Origin: the human T2T-CHM13v2.0 reference genome, Homo sapiens
DNA length: 64,000 nucleotides
Assembly: GCA_009914755.4 (NCBI GenBank)
Contig: CP068257.2
Span: 24,000,001 to 24,064,000 of the forward strand
Direction: 5' to 3'
Shown here: positions 58,201 to 64,000 of the stretch, piece after piece
Layout of the letters: each line of letters starts with the position of its first letter
How positions within the stretch are numbered: the stretch's first letter is position 1
Program-made: the position numbers and the translations under genes
Notes under the pieces: model-generated
Told to the model about the DNA's origin: nothing
Databases searched by the model: none
What the model saw: only the letters and a program-made list of their open reading frames with translations

Positions 58201-58881
58201 AATTTTAATGAATTTTGAAAGGAGGATATAATGCTTCATTCCTTTCATCTACAAGTGCACAGTAACATTTACAAACAGATCTTCTGATAAACAAGAAAGC
58301 AAATTGCTAAAGTGGCTGAATAATAAAGCCTATTGGATGCAGTTACTTCTTAAGCTCTGGCCTCTCAGCAGTCAGCAGGCGCAGTCAGCAGGTCTGAGTG
58401 ATTTTACACTGAGCAACTGGGCAGAAAAACCTGCTGTCACACTTTGCTATATTTACTTTTCAAATTTATTTTTTCTCAGGGCAGTTGGTAAAAGCCCCAA
58501 GGCAAGTCTGAAAGGATACAGATTCACTTTCCTCAGCTAACCTCAACCCTTGAAATAGCTTGTGATGTCAAAGGAATGCACCTGGATTGAACTAAGATAG
58601 GTTCTTATGTGAGAAATGAACAACAAAGACTCCAGTGTATGGAAGCCAATGACTTCCTTTTAATTACCAGCTATAATATGCTGGAAGATCATTTTGGGTT
58701 TTAGTCTAACATATTATTTATATGTAACCTTGGCCATGAGTTCATGGTGAATATTCTAAAAGCATTCTGGCTTTGAGGAGAGTGACAGATGATTCCATAG
58801 AGTGGAAAAAAAGAAAAACAGGAAAACTTTCTCTCCCTCCATCTAGGAGGATCTAAGACAATGACCCTTCAAGGTGACCAG

Positions 58882-59040
58882 GATTACACTCCCTTTCTTC
58901 CCTCCCTCCAGCCCTTTCTTCTTTCCTTCCTTCCTTTCTCCCTCTCTCCCTCCCTCTCTTCCTTCCTTTCTCCCTCCCTCCCTCCCTCTCTTCTTTCTTT
59001 TCTCCTCTTCTTCCTTTTTGTCTGCCTTCATTCCTTCCAA
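58882..59040. repeat. Long polypyrimidine tract, (CCTY)n/(CCCT)n, ~160 nt with no purine interruptions over long stretches
   Basis: ccctttcttccctccctccagccctttcttctttccttccttcctttctccctctctccctccctctcttccttcctttctccctccctccctccctctcttctttcttttctcctcttcttcctttttgtctgccttcattccttcc. Track ORFs 58843-59211 (GREGGRKEGREGG...), 58861-59118 and 58874-59059 are translations of it. Confidence 0.92.
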
Positions 59041-59123
59041 ATATCCTCCAAGGGGATAAAAACTACTGATAAAAATAACGAAGTCTATTATATCAATCTT
59101 AGCTTTTGGTTGCTTTGACAGGG

Positions 59124-59470
59124 ATGGGAAGGAGCAAGGGCTGGCTTTTCTTTTCAAATTTAAAAAAATTCTAGAGTTGATAGAATCGACAATCCTATAA
59201 ACCGATACCAATTAAGATTTTCCTAGGCCCTAAGCTACTTCCTGGTAGTAACTGGCTCTTTAAAGGAAGTGTTTATTGTTGGCTGCTGCAGTGAACTCGC
59301 TTGTGACTTAGGAAAGTGCATTAACCCTTTTACCAGGGAGGCCTGCCCTTCATTTATAAATGATGTTTCCTAGGAATTAGAAATACCTACACTACTTAAT
59401 ACTACCATGTGTTATGAACTTTAAAAAACACTCATTGCCTTCCTAACAGTACTGCTTTCATGGTTAAAAA
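59124..59470. repeat. Copy B of the ~350-bp intronic direct duplication (intron 5), uninterrupted
   Basis: ggagcaagggctggcttttcttttcaaatttaaaaaaattctagagttgatagaatcgacaatcctataaaccgataccaattaagattttcctaggccctaagctacttcctggtagtaactggctctttaaaggaagtgtttattgttggctgctgcagtgaactcgcttgtgacttaggaaagtgcattaacccttttaccagggaggcctgcccttcatttataaatgatgtttcctaggaattagaaatacctacactacttaatactaccatgtgttatgaactttaaaaaacactcattgccttcctaacagtactgc. Confidence 0.8.
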
Positions 59471-59710
59471 AAAAAAAAGGAACTTCTCTGTATGTATTTT
59501 ATCTTTGTTCTTCTCGTCAAATTAAGCAAAAGTCTAGCTTAAACTCCTTGAAGTCATGGCAGATTTTTAAATTCATAGTAAAGACAGAAAGTCCCAAATT
59601 TTTAAAAAGGAAAGACAAACTTAATGCTAAAATTTGAGGGACAGGGTTATTTAAAAAGTCTACTTATAGATCTATGGCTTAAAAAAATATATTTTTGCAT
59701 CCACAAATAG

Positions 59711-59810
59711 CAATTTAATACTGTTTCCAAACTGGACACTGGAGAATATTCCTGTGAAGCCCGCAATTCTGTTGGATATCGCAGGTGTCCTGGGAAACGA
59801 ATGCAAGTAG
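59711..59810 (+). CDS. JAM2: JAM2 coding exon 6 (100 nt), encodes QFNTVSKLDTGEYSCEARNSVGYRRCPGKRMQV; second half of the C2 Ig domain (YSCEA Cys)
   Basis: Acceptor catccacaaatAG|caatttaat and donor gtag|GTaagc. It starts in phase 0 and ends in phase 1. Confidence 0.9.
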
Positions 59811-60283
59811 GTAAGCATGAAATATTGGGAGGAACAAATGGTTTGCAATTCGACTGTGAAGTACAGCAGTTGGGGGTACAAGGAGCAAGGAGCAGGAAAT
59901 GTCTGAGTGACTTGAAGAATAAACAGGAGAGAATGACTAAAATTAACTTGATATGATGTGTTGCAAAGAAGCAAAGATGCTGTTTTTAAGCCATCTCCCA
60001 AATAAGCCAAAAATACTTAGTATTGTATTTAACAACTTTTTTTAGTTTTTTAAATAATCGTTTTTAAAATACATTCTTCTAAGTAGTCTTTCTCTCAAAT
60101 AAAAGCTAAGTATCTTGTAGTCTAAATTGTTGAAGGTCCAGAAGTTTGAATTTCTGATATTTTTAAAATTCAGGAATGTATATCATTGATATTATTCACC
60201 AAATTAATTCAGGTGTTGACATTTATAGTCAACGTAGCACTTATTTAAGTAATCAGAAAGTATCCCTTTCAATGCTGCTTTGA

Positions 60284-60777
<494 letters not shown>

Positions 60778-62784
60778 TAAACATCTACCTTTGCCTTCTC
60801 TTAAGGAATCATATCCAGGAAGTCATGGTTTTGATGTATTAGTTACTTTTTCTTAGCACACAATAAATACATAACGAATAAAATTTAAATGTTTGTTTCT
60901 CCACTAGGACCACTTTAATTTGAACATGATTCTCACATATCTACTCTAAGTACAAGTTAGCTTAAAAGTTAAAATTAGTTTGTTTAACGGTCATCCATTG
61001 ATCCGAGGTGTTTTGTGTCCTTGGTTGGGACTTACATCTTTTGAAATACATACAAATTCATAAATTCATTTTTTTGGTTTTCTTTGTGAATTATAACTAT
61101 ATTCACATGTAACCAAAATTAGAATATGTTAACTGTCCTAAAGAAATTTTTTCAAAGTGCAGCAAGTAAAGCATGGATTTGTTGGTTGTTTATGGCTGCC
61201 TCACTATAAAACTCCAGCAGACTCCACCCACACTGGGCCTTTCAGCAGTTTAGTTCCTTTTCTTTCAGTAAAAAAAATGGTACCTTCCTTTTATAAAGAC
61301 TTTTTTTTCAAAAAAAAAAAAAAACACAAAATATTTTCATACTTAATGTTACATTTTCTCTTCACTGAGGCATAATATGGCTGTATGACTTGCTCAACAT
61401 CACAGAAAATGGTGAACAGGATGTAAGAAGTTAACTTACTCCTTATCTATTACTCTTCTGTCTCCCATTTCACTGAAGAAAAATAACATAAAATTCATAC
61501 TACAACTTAGCACTTACAGAACAAGACAATTTTTTGTCAGTAGTTTCTTTTAGGGTGAATCCTTCCTTCATAGATGTCAAATTCATTGACAAACTACAAG
61601 ACAGTTTTTTTTTTTTGTCAGATAATAGCCCTTACTTTGAATGCTTCATAGATGTCAGATTTAATGACTACTACAAAGTAAATAGAAGGTACACTTTGGT
61701 TCTCAGGAATTTCACTTACTGATTTGACTTTGCCTAAGATTATGATTACTGTAGATTTTTTTCTCTCTCTGCTCTTTTTAATCCAAGTAAATAAAAAGCT
61801 GAATCTTATTGACCTCTCAATACCCAAGCAAACTGAGTTTATACCAAGCAATAATTAATGTTTTCTACTCTGGTCAAATTACTTAACCTTTCAAAAGACT
61901 TATCAAGTTTTCTTTTTTAAAAAAATCAATTAATATTTTGGAGGTATTTAAGAAAATTAATAACACACTTGGCATTAGGAAAGAATTTCGAGACCAGAAG
62001 TTTTTATGATAAGCAGATTCACTTAAACAGTATCTCTAAAAAGATCATTTCCAAAATGTACATTGCTTTAAAATATTTAAATTATTTTTGAGAAAATGCT
62101 ATGTAATATTTTCTCTAGGTTATTTAATCATAGGCTAATTAAAACTTGCTTTGTAAAATGGGAACTCTTTGAAGAATTGCTCCTTTAATAAATACATGGG
62201 AAGTATCTAAATGGCAGAAGAGTGTGGCTCATAAAATCCTCATGGACAAGATGGAGAAATATGGTCCAAACAATATTTTGGTGGATCCACACACAGTTGA
62301 ATCCCATGCTCAGAGAATGTTAATAAATTGTGTTGTATGACAGGAGGTGTCTGCTAGCCTGTTACATAGTTGTTTCCTAAACAAATCCATGTTCATCATG
62401 TTATTAATGACTTGAATGAGAGTATTTTTAATAAAATTCTCAATTTGCAGAAATGTTAAGCTTGGAAGGTTAATAATGTAATTATTAGGCAACAGAATCA
62501 ATCTGAGAAGAAGAAAAAAACTTCACAGTAGTTATTTCCAAACTTGGGTTCAAAAAATCCAGTTGCATTACATTAGAGGACGGATGCCTTAACAGTCATA
62601 GGAAAAGCCTCAGAGAATTTAATTCATTTTTCATAAATGGGATGACAGTTTAGTTGCATATATGTATATGACTGTGTATGTGTGTATACACCCATATACA
62701 TATAATTGTATATCTACACCCATATAATTCAAGAAGGAACGTATTTCTTACACTTAGTTTTACAGAATAACAATGACATGTGCT

Positions 62785-63080
62785 TTTTTTTAAGAGACAG
62801 TCTTGCTCTGTCACCCAGACTGGAGAGAAGTAGTGCAATCATAGTTCACTATAATCTGAAACTCCTAGGCTCAAGTGATCCTCCAACCTCAGCCTCCTGA
62901 GTAGCTGGGACTCCAGGAATGCACCACCATACCCGGATAATTTTTTTAATTTTTTTATTTTTTAGAGATGGATTCTTGCTATGTTGCCTAGGCTGGTCTC
63001 AAATTCCTAGCCTCAAGCAGTCCTCCCACCTCAGCCTCCTGAGTAGCTGGGATTACAGGCATGAGTCAACATGCCTGGCG
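62785..63080 (-). mobile_element. Alu SINE (antisense), old and diverged (AluJ-like), ~440 nt upstream of exon 7
   Basis: ttttttttaagagacagtcttgctctgtcacccagactggagagaagtagtgcaatcatagttcactataatctgaaactcctaggctcaagtgatcctccaacctcagcc...gctgggattacaggcatgagtcaacatgcctggc. Track ORFs 62706-62900 and 62919-63155 overlap it. Confidence 0.85.
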
Positions 63081-63521
63081 CCATGTGTTTTCTTTGACGT
63101 TGAGTTTTTCTTTATTTGTGAAATTGACACAGTTGATGATGTAGGAGAATTTTAAGTAAGATGTGGGGTAGGGAGTGGCAGTAGAATACTTGAACTCATT
63201 GAACTTCAAAGATTGCTTCCAGTCTTTTAATCCTGTGAATTATTACACATCTCCAAATGAATGCAAAAGAATACATTTTATTTTTTAATCTGAGAAGTTT
63301 TTAAAATTTAGTATTTTTCCAAAGCTTAAGTTCTGTTAATATTTTTAATCAATTTTGAACCATGTCTTAGAAGTGAGTTAGTTGAACAGGCTTCACAATC
63401 GTTAAAGTATGCTTTATGATATAGCTGCAAAGGGGATCTTTTTTTGAACCTTTTCAATTTAATGACTGCATCTGTCCGTGTAATCCACATATATTTATGC
63501 GTAATTTATTTTACATTCCAG

Positions 63522-63629
63522 ATGATCTCAACATAAGTGGCATCATAGCAGCCGTAGTAGTTGTGGCCTTAGTGATTTCCGTTTGTGGCCTTGGTGTATG
63601 CTATGCTCAGAGGAAAGGCTACTTTTCAA
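63522..63629 (+). CDS. JAM2: JAM2 coding exon 7 (108 nt), encodes (D)DLNISGIIAAVVVVALVISVCGLGVCYAQRKGYFS(K); transmembrane helix and start of the cytoplasmic tail
   Basis: Acceptor tttacattccAG|atgatctc and donor caa|GTaagtg. A run of about 22 hydrophobic residues is followed by basic residues (stop-transfer). Confidence 0.9.
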
Positions 63630-63712
63630 GTAAGTGAATTTCACCCTTCTTTGGCAGATAACTTTCTATGGCTATGGAGTTTATTTATGAGATACTGTTT
63701 CTCCTAGGAAGT

Positions 63713-64000
63713 TGTTTTTTTGTTTGTTTGTTTGTTTTTCAGACAGAGTCTTGCTCTGTTGCCCAGGCTGGAGTGCAGTGGTGGCAAAATCTCCACTCAA
63801 TACAACCTCCACCTCCCAGGTTCAAGTGATTCTCATGTCTCAGCCTCCCAAATAGCTGGGATTACAAGTGTGCACCAACACACCCAGCTCATCTTTGTAT
63901 TTTTAGTACAGATGGGGTTTCGCTATGTTGGCCAGGCTGGTCTCGAACTCCTGGCCTCAAGTGATCTGCCTGCCTTGGCCTTCCAAAGTGCTGGGATTAC
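63713..64000 (-). mobile_element. Alu SINE (antisense) with a (GTTT)n tail, truncated by the window end, ~85 nt downstream of exon 7
   Basis: ttttttgtttgtttgtttgtttttcagacagagtcttgctctgttgcccaggctggagtgcagtggtggcaaaatctccactcaatacaacc...gtgctgggattac, where the window ends. Confidence 0.9.

Noticed and set aside
59672-60010. 112-aa minus-strand ORF overlapping JAM2 exon 6
   Set aside because: It is antisense to a well-supported coding exon, and the + strand frame matches JAM-B exactly. The minus-strand ORF is a chance frame.

Overview
This window is human nuclear DNA, not a prokaryotic locus. It is AT-rich, primate-specific retroelements make up about one fifth of it, and it has no long ORFs. 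It matches the JAM2 gene (junctional adhesion molecule B) on chromosome 21q21.3, read on the + strand. Six internal coding exons are readable directly, all with canonical AG/GT splice sites: exon 2 (41422-41487), exon 3 (47406-47513), exon 4 (51297-51449), exon 5 (56218-56420), exon 6 (59711-59810) and exon 7 (63522-63629). Together they encode residues ...YHKAYGFSAPKDQQVVTAVEYQ ... QRKGYFS: the V-set Ig domain, the C2-set Ig domain and the transmembrane helix. Exon 1 (signal peptide, CpG-island promoter) is not in the window, so the first ~41 kb is presumably distal intron 1. Everything else is intronic repeat landscape: about 39 Alu elements of mixed age, including two near-consensus AluY copies with intact target-site duplications. 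There is one complete antisense SVA with a 14-bp TSD in intron 4. Five or six THE1/MST-type MaLR solo LTRs are present, three carrying nested Alus. There is also an old L1 3' fragment, Tigger/MADE1-type DNA-transposon relics, MIR fragments, and several microsatellites and polypurine/polypyrimidine tracts. Nearly all ORFs in the supplied six-frame track are repeat translations (Alu, SVA VNTR, GGAA and poly-pyrimidine tracts, LTRs). The exceptions are the 56217-56447 ORF, which overlaps JAM2 exon 5, and ORFs 47409-47708 and 59672-60010, which overlap exons 3 and 6 only on the antisense strand. I find no CRISPR array, operon or defence system, and no convincing novel gene. The observations worth a second look are structural: the intact antisense SVA in intron 4; a ~350-bp direct duplication inside intron 5, one copy hit by a young AluY; inverted Alu pairs closely flanking exon 4; an Alu-tail-derived GGAA microsatellite; long triplex-prone polypyrimidine tracts close to exons; and an unclassified LTR-like block 0.6-1.4 kb upstream of exon 2. 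All coordinates for repeats are by-eye estimates (roughly +/-5 bp) and family names are from memory of consensus sequences, not from RepeatMasker.
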